A DNA stretch of 5,166 nucleotides from a plasmid, in the NCBI RefSeq assembly GCF_055900595.2, contig NZ_JBVWEU010000008.1. One strand, written 5' to 3'. The position numbers and the translations under genes were made by a program. Positions 4,843 through 5,166 of the stretch are shown here, piece by piece; within the stretch, counting starts at the first letter, position 1; each line of letters opens with the position of its first letter. The notes beneath the pieces are model-generated. The model had not been told where the DNA came from, ran no database searches, and saw only the letters and a list, made by a program, of their open reading frames with translations.

Positions 4843-5052
4843 ATGGCAAAATTAGGTGAAAACACCCCACATATTATCGATGCTACTGTAGATTTTATGG
4901 CATCAAGCCAGGCATTTCGTGAGTATCTGAAAAAACTTCCCCCTGATAACACAATACCGCCAGCTCTTACTGATGAGCACGTACCGTTATATATACGAAG
5001 GCTGGAATACTATCGTCTGCTTTATCGACCAAAGCAGACAGAATCATATTGA
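4843..5052 (+). CDS. Hypothetical small protein (69 aa), not recognised
   Basis: ATG at 4843 with AAGGA SD (4830-4834) 8 nt upstream; TGA at 5050-5052. Balanced codon usage, hydrophilic, no transmembrane segment. I do not recognise the family ([18 protein letters not shown]...). Competes with a minus-strand frame that is open from the window end to a TAA near 4966. Confidence 0.45.
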   Translation: MAKLGENTPHIIDATVDFMASSQAFREYLKKLPPDNTIPPALTDEHVPLYIRRLEYYRLLYRPKQTESY

Positions 5053-5166
5053 AAAAAACGGTGAACGGTTCGCGAAATCCTTTCGCGGGTCGTGAGGCGT
5101 TGGACAAGCGAAGCGCGTCAGTTTTTCCGGCTCTTCCCCGTGACAGGTTTCTCCACCAGTTTATCT

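Noticed and set aside
4966-5166. Minus-strand frame open from the window end to a TAA near 4966 (about 67 codons, start outside window)
   Set aside because: Cannot be assessed without the upstream sequence. It overlaps the 69-aa + ORF, which has a clear RBS and start. It could be the real C-terminus of a gene entering from beyond 5166, so this remains unresolved rather than disproved.
1-5166. CRISPR arrays, tRNA/rRNA genes, IS elements with terminal inverted repeats, toxIN-like tandem RNA repeats
   Set aside because: No regularly spaced direct repeats, no cloverleaf-like GC-rich segments, no transposase-sized ORF and no tandem 30-40 nt repeats were seen on manual inspection.

Overview
The window looks like most of a small mobilizable ColE2-type plasmid. 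Backbone, all read from the sequence and compared with family features recalled from memory (no database search was possible): a MOBQ/RSF1010-like mobilization module (mobB partial, mobA, oriT, divergent mobC; 1-1989), a pBR322-like primosome assembly site (~2016-2075), a ColE2-type origin immediately 3' of a ColE2-type rep gene (2140-3107), a long hairpin plus T-run in the rep leader consistent with an antisense RNAI (3142-3203), and a cer-like XerC/XerD site (3263-3290). From ~3715 to ~5052 the composition switches to an AT-rich segment, A/C-rich and G-poor on the + strand, with no ORF of 60 aa or more except one 69-aa ORF with a good RBS. That segment holds five intrinsic-terminator-like hairpins on both strands. 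Three of them share a conserved TCCTTAC motif just 5' of a C-rich hairpin and T-run, which I interpret as a possible family of small RNA modules; this is the most unusual signal in the window. No CRISPR array, tRNA/rRNA or IS element was seen.
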